DNA from: Octopus sinensis
Taxonomy: Eukaryota
Reading direction: 5' to 3'
DNA length: 64,000 nucleotides
NCBI RefSeq assembly: GCF_006345805.1
Contig: NC_043000.1
Coordinates: forward strand, 47,926,001-47,990,000
Shown: piece after piece, positions 1 through 11,838 of the stretch
Layout of the letters: every line of letters starts with the position of its first letter
How positions within the stretch are numbered: position 1 is the stretch's first letter
Position numbers and translations under genes: made by a program
The notes under the pieces: model-generated
Seen by the model: the letters and a program-made list of their open reading frames with translations, nothing else
Database searches by the model: none
Told to the model about the DNA's origin: nothing

Positions 1-1668
1 TTTATCAGCCATAAAGTGTGACTGAGCTAACTAATCAATTAGTTTTGAGTTTTGTAAAAACCTTCCAAGAAACTTGGATACATTCTTTTGTTTGCTGAGG
101 GACATTAGTGATAATCCCTAAATGAATAATGAAAATGTGATCAATATGGAACTGGGCCTCATTTACATTGCAGGACAAAGTTGGTCATAACTATTATTGA
201 AACATGAATATGATGTATGTGAAATTAAAATTTTTAAGCAATGTTATCATCTTAGGTTTAATAAACCAGTCATTTAGTCTCTTCTGGTTGTCGATAGTCC
301 AGCGGTTCAATGATGATGGTTATCTTTCACCATGAAGTGAAACTATATTGTTTAAACAAGAAGCAGGAAAATTTATTACTGTGACCAGAGAAAGAAAAGG
401 AGGAGGAGAGTAGAAAGACTTAATTACATTTTGATGATGATGGTGATGATGATGACGATGATAATGTTTGGAAATGAGGAGCATTTTCAACAATTAAGTA
501 ATGTCAGGTTAATCATCATCACCCTCATCATCATCGTTTAATGTCCGTTTTCCATGCTGGCATGGGCTGAATGGTTCAACTGGAGTCTGAGAAGCCAGGA
601 GGCTGCACCAGGCTCCAGTCTGATCTGGCAGTGTTTCTACAGCTGGATGCCCTTCCTAACGCCAACCACTCTGAAAGTGTAGTGGGTGCTTTTTTACATG
701 CCATTGGCACAGGGGCCAGAGGATGCTGGCAATGACCACAATTGGATGGTGCTTTTTATGTGCCACCGGCATGGGAGTCAGTCAAGGCAGCGCTGGCATC
801 AGCCACATTCGGATGGTGCTTTTTATGTAGAACTGGCACAGGATCATAACTACAATTTGCATTTGATTGTGATTTGAACAGCATGTCACCCTACAATCCA
901 AGCTACTTTTTGAGTGGTCTGGTTATGCGACCCTGCTGTAGATTACAGCTGTGAACTCACTTTATTTATTGTGTCTTCTCAGTCACAGTATATCTCCACA
1001 GGTCTCCATCTTTCGCTATTGCCTCTGTGAGGCCCGACATTCAAAGGTCATGCTTCACCACCTAAGGATTTACAAACTCCCACTCACAAGTATACATACA
1101 TACAAACATACAAAATTTTTGTGAATGTATATATAAGTGTGTATATATATAAAAAGTAAAGTTTGATTGTTTGTTTCTTTGTGAGTGTGTGTGTGTGTGT
1201 TTTTTTTTTATCAGCCATAAAGTGTGACTGAGCTAACTAATCAATTAGTTTTGAGTTTTGTAAAAACCTTCCAAGAAACTTGGATACATTCTTTTGTTTG
1301 CTGAGGGACATTAGTGATAATCCCTAAATGAATAATGAAAATGTGATCAATATGGAACTGGGCCTCATTTACATTGCAGGACAAAGTTGGTCATAACTAT
1401 TATTGAAACATGAATATGATGTATGTGAAATTAAAATTTTTAAGCAATGTTATCATCTTAGGTTTAATAAACCAGTCATTTAGTCTCTTCTGGTTGTCGA
1501 TAGTCCAGCGGTTCAATGATGATGGTTATCTTTCACCATGAAGTGAAACTATATTGTTTAAACAAGAAGCAGGAAAATTTATTACTGTGACCAGAGAAAG
1601 AAAAGGAGGAGGAGAGTAGAAAGACTTAATTACATTTTGATGATGATGGTGATGATGATGACGATGAT
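1..1668 (+). repeat. Near-identical ~462-bp direct repeat (1-462 and 1207-1668)
   Basis: TTTATCAGCCATAAAGTGTG...GATGACGATGAT recurs at a constant offset of 1206; no mismatch seen by eye; the first copy runs off the window edge. Confidence 0.9.
525..1075 (-). mobile_element. RTE LINE 3' end (ORF C-terminus, 3'UTR, (GAT)n tail)
   Basis: Minus strand reads VVKHDL*MSGLTEAIAKDGDLWRYTV, similar to the RTE fragment at 23440-23760, then a UTR ending GGACATTAAACGATGATGATG. Confidence 0.7.
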
Positions 1669-1888
1669 GATTACGATGACATGGAAAGGAGGAGAAGGAG
1701 GAGGAAAAAAGGAGGAAGAAGGGAGAAGGAAGATTCCAATAATAATGATAATAGAAGTATTGTAAACCTGCAAAAATGTGCAACCTTGTATTTGGTAAGA
1801 ATCCTAAGAGAGGTTCTTGAGATTTGAGGAGACTTTTTGGCACCTTCAGGATAACATCCATGCTAATTAGATTAGCAAGTAATAATTT

Positions 1889-1942
<54 letters not shown>

Positions 1943-1943
<1 letters not shown>

Positions 1944-2956
1944 GAGGGAAGTACGGCAACTATTGTTGCAAAGAAGGTGAAAATGATGGCAATGAAAAAA
2001 GCGCACGAGCAATTGGCTGATAGGTGGGAGGAGAAACCTCTGCACGGCAAATATGTGACCCGCAGCAAACAAGCTGATGTTGACCAGAAGCAAACCCATC
2101 AGTGGCTGCGGAGCTCAGGGCTAAAAGCAGAGAGCGAAGGTTTCATCCTGGCTGCTCAAGACCAAAGCCTATCAACCCGGAACTACCAGGCCAATGTGAT
2201 GAAAAATGGAGCAGACCCAAAATGCCGATTCTGCAACGACATGATTGAAACAGTGGACCACCTAATCTCTGGATGTAAAGTCTTAGCACCAGTGGAGTAT
2301 AAATTAAGACATGACAGAGTTGGCCAATATCTCCACTGGCTAATAAGTCAGCATTACAATATCAAAACTGCCGACAAGTGGTATAATCACCACCCTGAGG
2401 CTGTAACTGAAGGAGAAAATGTAACCATTCTGTGGGACTTTCCAGTACATACAGACCGAACCATCAAGGCCAATAAACCAGATGTTGTGAAAGACCAAAA
2501 CAATAAAGTTTGCTTATTGATCGACATGAGCATCCCCTGTGATCATAATATCTCAGCGAAAGAGTTTGACAAGCTCAGAAAATATAAAGACCTACTCATT
2601 GAAATTGAGAAAATGTGGCATCTCAAGGCGGTTACAATACCAGTAATCGTAGGAGCACTAGGAATGATCAAGAAGGGAACCGAAAATTATATGAGAATGA
2701 TCCCTGGCTTACCATCCCTGCAAGAAGTGCAAAAGATTGTCTTAACTGGTACATCACACGTATTGAGAAGAGCATTGTCGATGTGAGAACTGTTGCTGCT
2801 CATGTATTTTAATTTAAAAAAAAAAAAAAAAAAAATGAACGAACTATTGAGTTTGGTTTAATGGCCTACCAATGTATACTATGAGTTTCTTTACCCTAGG
2901 AGTCGGGAAGACACTCGGCAAGAAATGGAAGCAAATTTGAAAGAAGAAAAAAAAAG
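1943..2956 (+). mobile_element. 5'-truncated R4/Dong-like RLE non-LTR retrotransposon, family A
   Basis: Open 269-aa ORF 1977-2786 with CCHC knuckle (CRFC..ETVDHLISGC) and PD..D..K restriction-like endonuclease (NKPD-VVKD..LIDMSIP..KEFDKLRKY); (AAT)n on both sides. Confidence 0.9.
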
Positions 2957-2972
2957 TAATAATAATAATAAC

Positions 2973-3014
<42 letters not shown>

Positions 3015-3015
<1 letters not shown>

Positions 3016-3726
3016 GCAGTGCAGGACCAAGCTCTATCCACAAACTGGAGGGTCAACCTCAGGAATTAGCAAGTGTTTCCACTGTGCCGCATCTGCAATA
3101 GAGTGGGTGAAACCATTGCTCATAGCATGAATGAATGCTCTAGACTTGTTCAAAACCATTACAAATTGTGGCGACATGACCAGATAGTGAAAGGGCTACA
3201 CTGGAAACTGTGTGAAAAGTGGGGGCCAGAGAGAGGCAAGAGTGGTATAAGCACAAACCACAGAAAGTGGCTAAGTTGGAGACTAGCAAAATTCTCAGGG
3301 ATTTCCCAATCCAAACAGATCAGGTGCTAGAGCATAACAGACCAGATCTAGTGGTGGTGGACAAGGTGCACCACATATGCTGTATAGTTGATGTTGCATA
3401 CCAATTCGATCCATGAATAGTCAAGGAGGAAGGCAAAAAGGTACAAAATAGCCTGGCTATGGAAAATGAAGAAGGTGAAGATAGTGCCAATTATTGTTGG
3501 CTCCTTACGAACAGAAGGCTTCAGGAGGAATATGAAGGAAATTGGAATAGAGTACCCAGCAGAACTGTTACAAAAGGTTTGCCTCCTTGGCATGGCCTGA
3601 ATAATCAGGTAAGTATTAGATAGCTGAAAAGAACGAATAGAATAGTTCCGTAAGCTGCAGGTAGTAAGCTCGCTAAACATGTAAGGCTCCAGAAGCTGCA
3701 AGAAAACCTGTGATAAAGAGAAAAAG
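3015..3726 (+). mobile_element. Decayed R4/Dong-like RLE retrotransposon, family B
   Basis: AVQDQAL..CRICNRVGETIAH..EC, RDFPIQTD..HNRPDLVVVD, PIIVGSL; stops and frameshifts; (AAT)n on both sides; 3'UTR differs from family A. Confidence 0.8.
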
Positions 3727-3758
3727 TAATAATAACAATAATGATAATGATAATGATG

Positions 3759-3830
<72 letters not shown>

Positions 3831-3932
3831 TGATGATGATGATGATGATGATGATGATAATAATAGTAGTAATAATAATAATAATAATGATGATGATGAT
3901 GATGATGACAACAACAACAACAACAATAATAA

Positions 3933-4480
3933 ATGCCCCCATGCAGTACCAGACAGTGGCTCTCATGACTTCTGGTCTTAACTAATAGGAAGTGTTATCA
4001 TGTACATTGTTTTGTCTTGTTATAAAAGATGGGCTACAGCAAATATTCTGCTCAATACCACAGATATGCCAGTCAGTTGCTTGACCTTAACCAGTTGAGC
4101 ATGTCCATTAGTAGCTGATAATATTCACATCTCTGATCATGAGCAAAAGTAGCGGGGGAGCATCATAGCCATGCGTTGAGAAGAATTCTTTTGGGTTTGT
4201 GTAATTCACCTTTGGAATCATGGGTGTTTCGTTCAACATCCTCAAACAACCCTTATTCAGGGACCTTTTGAGCAGGATGTGCTATTCAACCTGAAGAAAA
4301 TTTTAACTGAGCCCCACCTGCAAGGTCATGTGCTGCTTATCTTGATATGAGACCACTATGTCAGGTACATATAGTTGTGATGCATGTGCCTGGTGAACCC
4401 TTATCAGACAAGTAGTCATAATGGGCTTTGTATGTTTTACCCCAGTGTCACTTTGATGGCATGCACTGCTCTCTCACTCA
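3933..4480 (+). mobile_element. Non-coding ~550-bp interspersed element bounded by (AAT)n
   Basis: Complex sequence with no ORF, beginning after AATAATAA and ending CTCTCACTC-AATAATAA; repeat status inferred from context. Confidence 0.5.
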
Positions 4481-4494
4481 ATAATAAGAAAAAG

Positions 4495-4711
4495 AATCCT
4501 TTCTACTAAAGGCATAAGGTCTGAAATTTGGGGAGAAGGGGCCAGTTAATTAGATCAACCCCAGTATGCAACTGGTACTCTTTTTATCAACCCTGAATGG
4601 GTGAAAATCAAAATTGACTTCAGCAGAATTTTAATTCAGAATGTAAGGACAGCTGAAATGCCACTAAGCAGTTTGCCCAGCAAGCTAACAATCCTGCCAG
4701 ATTGCCACCTT
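4495..4711 (-). mobile_element. tRNA-derived SINE family A, tail type 1
   Basis: Reverse complement of head AAGGTGGCAATCTGGCAGG, B-box GTTCTGAGTTCAAAT-like, core GACTTTG..TTTCA.CC.TTC.GGGTTGATAAA, tail ending AGAAAGGATT. Confidence 0.85.
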
Positions 4712-4802
4712 AAATAATGATAATAATAATAATAATAATAATAACAATAATAATAATAATAATAACAACAACAATAATGATAATAATAATAATAATAATA
4801 AT

Positions 4803-5395
4803 TGGATGCTAATACTTGTCGAAAAACATAAAAGACTGAAAAAACTTGACTCTATTCTCAAAGAGAGCAAAATGTGTTGATTCTGTGGGACTTCCCCGTA
4901 CATACTGACAAAACTATAAAAGCTAATAAATCGGATATTATTATAAAAGATCAGACAAAAAAGGTGTGTTTATTAATTGACATGAGTATTCCTTGAGATC
5001 ACAATATAGCGGCGAAAGAATTTGACAAGATCAATAATTATAAAGACTTGCTAATAGAAATTGAAAAAAATGTGGCATCTCAAGTACCACAGTACCAGTG
5101 AATGTAGGATCTGTAGGATTGATAAAAAAAAGGTACTGAAACCTACTTGAAAATGATACCAGGCTTACCATCCCTACAGGAAGTGCAAAAAATCATGGTA
5201 TTGAGAAGAGCATTATCGTTGTGAAAACAACATCCATTCATGAATTTATATATTTATTGATTTTTTAAATACATATTTTACCTGTGAATTTGCGTGTGTA
5301 ATCTGGGAATGCATAAAATGAGCTTCTGTGCCCTAGGTGTACGGAAAACACTCGGTGAGAAATGGAAGAAAATTTGAAGAAAGATGGAAAAAAAC
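4803..5395 (+). mobile_element. Decayed R4/Dong-like copy related to family A
   Basis: ILWDFPVHTDKTIKANKSDIIIKD..LIDMSIP..KEFDK..IPGLPSLQEVQKI; 3'UTR end CCCTAGG..ACACTCGG..AGAAATGGAAG shared with 1943-2956. Confidence 0.85.
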
Positions 5396-5412
5396 ATAAT
5401 TAAAATCATAAT

Positions 5413-5629
5413 AATCCTATCTACTATAGATACAGGGTCTAAAATTTTTTGTGGGGAGGGGACTAGTCGATTACATCGACCCCAGTATTTCACTGGTATT
5501 TAATTTATTGATCTCGAAAGGATGAAAGGTAAAGTCGACCTCAGCAGAATTTGAACTCAGAATGTAAGGTCAGACGAAATGCCACGAAGTGTTTTGCCTG
5601 GCGTGCTGGTTGTGCCAGCTCACCAACTT
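5413..5629 (-). mobile_element. SINE family A, tail type 1
   Basis: Same head, core and tail as 4495-4711. Confidence 0.85.
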
Positions 5630-5758
5630 AAATAATAATAATGATATTACTACTACTACTACTATTACTACTACTACTACTACTGCTGCTACTGCTGCTG
5701 CTGCTACTACTACTACTACTACTACTACTACTAATAATAATAATAATAATAATAATAT

Positions 5759-5975
5759 AATCCTTTGTACTAAAGGCACAAGGCCTGAAATTTCAGGTGA
5801 GAAGGTTAATTAATTAGATCGGCCCCAGTATGCAACTGGTACTCTTTTTATCAACTCCGAATGGATGAAAATCAAAATCGACCTTGGTGGAATTTGAACT
5901 CAGAACATGAAGACAGCTGAAATGCTGCTAAGCAGTTTGCCCAGCAAGCTAACAACTCTGACAGCTTGCCACCTT
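5759..5975 (-). mobile_element. SINE family A, tail type 1
   Basis: Very similar to 4495-4711. Confidence 0.85.
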
Positions 5976-6120
5976 AAATAATAATGATGGTAATAATAAT
6001 AATGATGCTGATGATGTTGATAATAATAACAATAATAACAACAACAACAACAACAACAACAATGATATGGAAAATGAGAAGGAAGAAAGAAAGTAAAAGA
6101 AAGAGAAAAAGAAAGAAGAG

Positions 6121-6162
<42 letters not shown>

Positions 6163-7018
6163 CAGTACAAACATGAGCAAGAATTTGGAGAATGGGGCAA
6201 GAGTGGAATGATGAAGAATGAAGCAAAGCGAAGGAAAATGGTTGGCGTTTCTTGAAATTTGTGGAAAACAATCCTTTTTTTGAGCAACACACGCATACGA
6301 ACACAAGCACACACAAGCTCAGACACACACACAAAACAAACATCAAAGGAGGGAGGAGAGAGGGAGAGACGAGTTATCATTGCAGACACCAAGTCACATA
6401 AAAATAACTAGACTTTATTTTAACAAGTTAGTGATTTTGATCAGTCAGTTCAATGACATAACACATTGCATTATAAGATTATTTTGTTATACCAGACTCG
6501 TCATTTCCAAAGTTAACGTCAACAACTGATGGATATATATATATTTTTTTTTTATTTTTTTTTTTTTTGGGTTTTGGGTAGGGTAAGTTGCAGGCCTGTA
6601 GAGAAGGAGAGAGGGGGTAGGCTTTATGGCATGTTGAATAATTAATCATTTAATATCTCTTTCCGATCAATTCAGTTTCTTTCTCTCTCTCAAATTTCTT
6701 TACAATTTAATGGGCCTGCTTTTCTTTCTACTTCTTCATTTATTATTTATTTATTTATTTATTTATTCATTTATGTATTTATTTATTTATTTATTTATTT
6801 ATTCCTTCCTTCCTTTCTTACTTCTTAACTTATAATAGAGTATTTCTCTTTGCGATATCTCATTCTTCACATTCTTCTCAATCATCTTCACTGTCTTCTT
6901 ATTCCTGCTATCCATCCTCACCATGTATTTTTTCTTCTGTCTATGTTCATCTAAATCTTCATGCTATTCTCCATACTGGTATTGCTTTACTTCATGCTTG
7001 ACCTATATGCTTTACCTT

Positions 7019-7453
7019 AAAATCTTCAAAGCCACAGTCGAACCAATTCTACTATATGGCTCAGAAACCTGGACGTTATCAAAGAAGCTTGAGAGGCGGT
7101 TGGATGGAACTTACACTCGCCTCCTTATGAGAGCTCAAAATTTCTCGTGGAAGCATCATCCAACCAAAGCACAAATATATGGGAAACTAACACCTGTATC
7201 ATCTTTTGTGAAAGGTAGAAGAGTTCAGTTTTCTGGACATTGTTGCAGAGCTGAAAATGAGATAATTTCTACTCTTCTCCTCTGGAAGCCATCTGCTCGC
7301 AATACCAGAGGGTGCACACTCTCCTACCCTGATGTAATCTCCAGGGATACAGGTATCCAACAACAGGACCTCTGTAATGCTATGATGAACCGTGAAGTCT
7401 GGTGTAACATAGTAAATTCCATTGTCTCGACCACGGTCGAACAATGATGATGA
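7019..7453 (+). mobile_element. 5'-truncated RTE/RTE-X LINE with 12-bp target-site duplication
   Basis: KIFKATVEPILLYGSETWTL..RRVQFSGHC..; (TGA)n tail; ATGCTTTACCTT at 7007-7018 and 7454-7465. Confidence 0.9.
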
Positions 7454-7489
7454 ATGCTTTACCTTTCTATGCTGTTCTGGGGCCTCTCA

Positions 7490-9300
7490 GCAAATATCTC
7501 CTGTAACTGGCAAAATTTCCTGTTCTGTGAAAAAAGGAGTAATGGTGCTATTGAGAAGGCACTCAAACTAGAGGAATGATTTTGATAATTTCAGGCTCAT
7601 AACTCTGCTAGATACATAATTCAATTTTTTTACCACGGTGTTAGCCGAGAATTGGTGCTTGCCATCAATATTCTGGTTAGTGATGTACAGACATGCACCA
7701 TACCAAACAGATCTATTCATGACAACCTCCACCTCAGTACCATAGATGGGTAAGAACTAACAAAACGTGAAGAGTAGGGATATCATTCTCAATCAGAAAT
7801 TGGCTGAGAGGAAATAATCCTTGAGGTGTAGGGCAAAGGTGGTGAACACCTACATCACATTCATCGTTTACAATACATCTTAGAAAAGCTGGGTAAGGAA
7901 TCTGGAATGGATGGGACCCTGATCAATTTAGATCAATTAAAAATTTTGAATAGGGTTGACCATCAGTGCTTAGTAGCTGTCCTCATGGCAGCTGGTTTTG
8001 GTTCTATCTTCAAAAGCTGGATCACTGTAATGTACAGCAATATCTGCTTAGTAGTTCAGAGTAAATGCCATCAATTGGAACAGTTCAGTATCATATGTTA
8101 AGTATGTCTCCTCTCAGCCACTCTATATGTACTGGCATCAGAGCCATTACTGCAGAAGTCAGAGGTTTTAAGGGATATTCTATGTGAACTGGGATGCTGC
8201 CTCAATAGTACTGGACACCTAACACATCAACATGATTAGCACTGTTTTGAGGGAGAATAAATGGTTGACAGAAGCAAAAAATTAACCCGGGAAAGTTAGT
8301 GGGCTCTGCAGCTCAGCACCTGGAAAACAAATCCATATCACCTGAGAGCATCGTCAGTGTTGTGGAGGCACATGGCCTAGTGGTCAGAGCAGTGGACTCG
8401 CGATCGAGAGATCGTGAGTTCGAATCTCAGATCAGGTGATGTGTGTGTTTATGAGCGAAACACCTAAGCTCCACGTAGCTCCAGCAGAAGGTAATGGTGA
8501 ACTTCTGCTGACTCTTTCGCCCCAATTTTCTCTCACTCTTCCCTCCTGCATCTTGCAGCTCACCTATAATGGACCAGCATCCCGTCCAGGTGGGGAACTT
8601 ATATGCCAAAGAAACCGGGAAACCGGCCCTTATGAGCCAGGCATGGCTCGAGAAGGAATAAACAAAAACAAAATCATAGTTAAATTATTTGAGATTTGGT
8701 TTGGTTTGATCAGTACCATAGGTGGGTAAGAACTAACAAGAGGTGAAAAGCAGGGTGATCAGTCTTAGTCAGAAATTGGCTGAGAGGAAGCTATCCTTGA
8801 AGTGTAGGACAAAGGTAGTAAACACCTACATCACATTCATCCTTTATTACTGCCTGACTATCGTGCCTTATCCAGCTTCATGTCTAACCAGAACGGACCA
8901 CTTGCTCTTGTATATTCAGTTCCACTGGTAAGACAGTCTATTTGCAGTCAACGGAACATCATACCCTATTGTCATAAAAAGAGATGGGCACATAAGGAAA
9001 TATAATCCAAGAAATACAATGCCTGAAAAATTCAGATCACAGCTGGAATGTTTTTGATCTTGATTAGAGCTCGGCTCGATCAAGGTTGATCTTCAACAGT
9101 ATAAGTTTGGAACAGGAGACTTATTGCCACTACAAACATTTATAAACAAGTCCTTGACATGCAGAAGATCTAACAGGGGATCAGCTATGATGTGTGGGAA
9201 CAAACAGGTTCTTGTGGAGGAGCCACATGGTTACTCACCTGTAGGAAGGAAGGAGTGTGGAAGATCAGCTGGAGATGCAACTTCATGTGTTTTCTCAAGG
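7490..9300 (+). mobile_element. Decayed L1/Tx1-clade LINE, RT and post-RT fragments
   Basis: DNFRLITLLD..QTCTIPNRSIHDNLH; LDQLKILNRVDH..GFG..WI..MYS; ERKLSLKCRTKVVNTYI; interrupted by a SINE at 8363-8670. Confidence 0.7.
8363..8670 (+). mobile_element. tRNA-derived SINE family C
   Basis: A box TGGCCTAGTGGTCAGAGC, B box GTTCGAATC; second copy at 43232-43545. Confidence 0.85.
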
Positions 9301-9330
9301 TAAGAAGTGAATAAATTTTTCATCTTTTAT

Positions 9331-9695
9331 GTTTTACTTGTTTCAGTCATTTTATTGCAGCCATGCTGGAGCACTGCATTGAAGAAGTTTTACTTGAATC
9401 AACGCCAGTACCTTTTATCTCTTTTTAAGTCTGGTCCTTATTGCTGAATTCTTATGTTGCAGGGACATAGACAAACTGACAATGGTTGTCAAGTGGAGGT
9501 GGGAGACAAACACAGACACAAAGACACACACACACACATATGACGGACTTCTTTCAGCCTCCATCTATCAAATCCACTCATAAGGCTTCACTCAGCCTGA
9601 GGTTACAGTTGAAGGCATTTGACAAAGATGCCATGCAGTGAGACTGAACCTCAAACCGTGTGGTTTAGAAGCAAGCTTCTTACTGCAAAACCACA
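9331..9695 (-). mobile_element. SINE family B (CORE-like), diverged
   Basis: Reverse complement of the family at 22159-22585 (tail ATGACTGAAACAAGTAAAA, internal (TG)n). Confidence 0.7.
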
Positions 9696-9704
9696 ATATT
9701 TTTT

Positions 9705-9993
9705 TGCCAGTGTTGCTGGACTGGCTCCTGCGCAGGTGGCACATAAAAAGCACCATTTGAGCATGGCTGTTGCCAGTACTGCCTGACTGGCCCTCGTGGC
9801 AGTGGCATGTAAAAACACCCACTACACTCTCGGAGTGGTTGGCGTTAGGAAGGGCATCAAGCTGTAGAAACTCTGCCAGATCAGATTGGAGTCTGGTGCA
9901 GCCATCTGGTTCGCCAGACCTCAGTCAAATCGTCCAAACCATGCTAGCATGGAAAGTGGACATTAAACGATGATGATGATGATGATGATGATG
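9705..9993 (+). mobile_element. RTE 3'UTR-derived repeat with (GAT)n tail
   Basis: GGTGGCACATAAAAAGCACC..GGTTGGCGTTAGGAAGGGCATC..CATGCTAGCATGGAAAGTGGACATTAAACGATGATG. Confidence 0.85.
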
Positions 9994-10030
9994 TAAGGAC
10001 TGATATTTGGATGGTGGGAATTATCAAATA

Positions 10031-10420
10031 CTAGCAGTATCGCCCAGCATTGCTCGGATTTGTTTCGACCCTTTAGAAATGGAATTTTTGAAACGTAAAA
10101 ATTTTGCATTATGTAGCTTGTTATTCTCTTTAAGTGAACATTTTTCTGGTTGAAATACACCGAAAAATGGCGACACAGCAATCAAAAAATTGTAAAAAAT
10201 AGGGATTTTCATAGAAAAAAAAGCACCTTTTTGATGTAAATAATTTTTGGTGTTAACATGGTCTGATTTGAATTTTATCTTCTATGGAAGAAAGAGCAAG
10301 CCTTCTATCATACTCTCAATTTTGGTCAACTTGCACCACAGGGTCTCAGAGGAGATAATGTTAGTTGAAGGCTACCAAACCTGCCACACACAGACAACTG
10401 CAGCTTTATATATATGGAGA
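10031..10420 (-). mobile_element. Complete non-autonomous Helitron (~390 bp)
   Basis: Minus strand: A|TC-TCCATATATATAAAG.. 5' end; 3' end CCGAGCAATGCTGGGCGATACTG-CTAG|T (subterminal hairpin plus CTAG, A^T target). Confidence 0.75.
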
Positions 10421-10824
10421 TATAGACACCAGCACCTTACTTTTTGAACAACAGATTTATGGAAAACAAAATCAACCTCAGCAGGATTTAAACTCAGATT
10501 CTCTAAAGGTATGAAACCAAATACTGCCACAAAGCGATTTTTCAGCCACTCACCAATTCTACAACAAAACAGCTACATTTATGTAGGAAATAATAATATT
10601 ATTTGTTTGTATAGAAGAATCGGAAAAGTAAATACCTTTACCATGAATATGAAAAAAGGGAAAAGTAAGATGTTATGGGGTGGAAGTAAATAACTAAATC
10701 AAATGTTGAAATAAATAGATAAAGACATAGAATATCACTCCACATTGCCATAAATATTTTGAAAGCAAACTGAAATTGGACTTACAACGTTTACCAGTGA
10801 AGAGTAAACATTCTTTGAAACTCT

Positions 10825-11245
10825 ATACCAGCTTCTAGATAAGAGGGAATTTTCAACATATAAAAATGTCACAAATGTAGTATATGTATGTTAGCCTGTA
10901 TATATGCATGCGTGTGTGTGTGTGTGTGCACGCGCTCATGTTATATTATATATACACACACACACACGTATATTTGTGCACATGTGTCTGTGTACACATA
11001 CATACACATGAATGTGTATGCATATATATATATACACCAAACTCAATACCAGCTTCTAGATAAGAGGAAATTTTCAACATATAAAAATGTCATATGTAGT
11101 ATATGTATGTTAGCCTATATATGCATGCGTGTGTGCACATGTGTGTGTGTGTATGTTATATTATATATATACACACAGATGTATATATGTGCATGTGTGT
11201 CTGTGCACGCAAATATATATGTATATATATATACCAATCCAACTA
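10825..11245 (+). repeat. Two-copy tandem duplication, period ~221 bp
   Basis: ATACCAGCTTCTAGATAAGAGG.AATTTTCAACATATAAAAATGTC at 10825 and 11046. Confidence 0.85.
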
Positions 11246-11590
11246 TGCATACTTATACATGCAAATATGTCTCTGTGTGTGTGTGCATGTGTGTATGCAT
11301 GTGTGTGTGTGTGTGTGAGTGTACACAGGTATATTTATATTATCTTCCCTTAGGAACAAAGGTGGAAAGAGAATTTCAAACAGCCAACTTTAATACCCAC
11401 TATGCTATGGGCAAACATGTGTAAAAACAACATATACATACAGATGTATATATGCTTGGAAATGTATATTTACTTACTTTCAGATGGGCAATAACTTGAA
11501 GACACATAGACCTATATACTAACTATTGTACACTCCACACATGAATAGAGATGTGCATATATATGCATACATTCATGCATATATATAATA

Positions 11591-11674
11591 ATTTTTTGCA
11601 TAATAAGATAAAAAACCAATGCTGTGTAGATATTAGAGCATAGCCTTGGTTTTTTATCTTATTACGCAAAAAAT
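11591..11674. repeat. 29-bp inverted repeat (28/29 matched) with 26-nt loop
   Basis: 11591-11619 ATTTTTTGCATAATAAGATAAAAAACCAA versus 11646-11674. Confidence 0.9.
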
Positions 11675-11838
11675 TTTTATATACACATGCTGACGTAGAA
11701 CCAACGTTGAACTTTTTATTCGCAGAATTACCGAATCTGGAACTTAACTATGGTCTGTCTATAGCGCTTATTCAGCATTACCTGACACCTTTGGGTCTCA
11801 ATGACACCATTATCTCTTATATATATATATATATTATA

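Noticed and set aside
3710-3985. Poly-Asn/Met/Thr ORF and similar YI, VCMY and HT ORFs across the window
   Set aside because: Pure microsatellite translations.
8363-8440. tRNA gene (A and B boxes; also 43232, 18743, 22159)
   Set aside because: No convincing cloverleaf or acceptor stem, and each continues into a SINE body.
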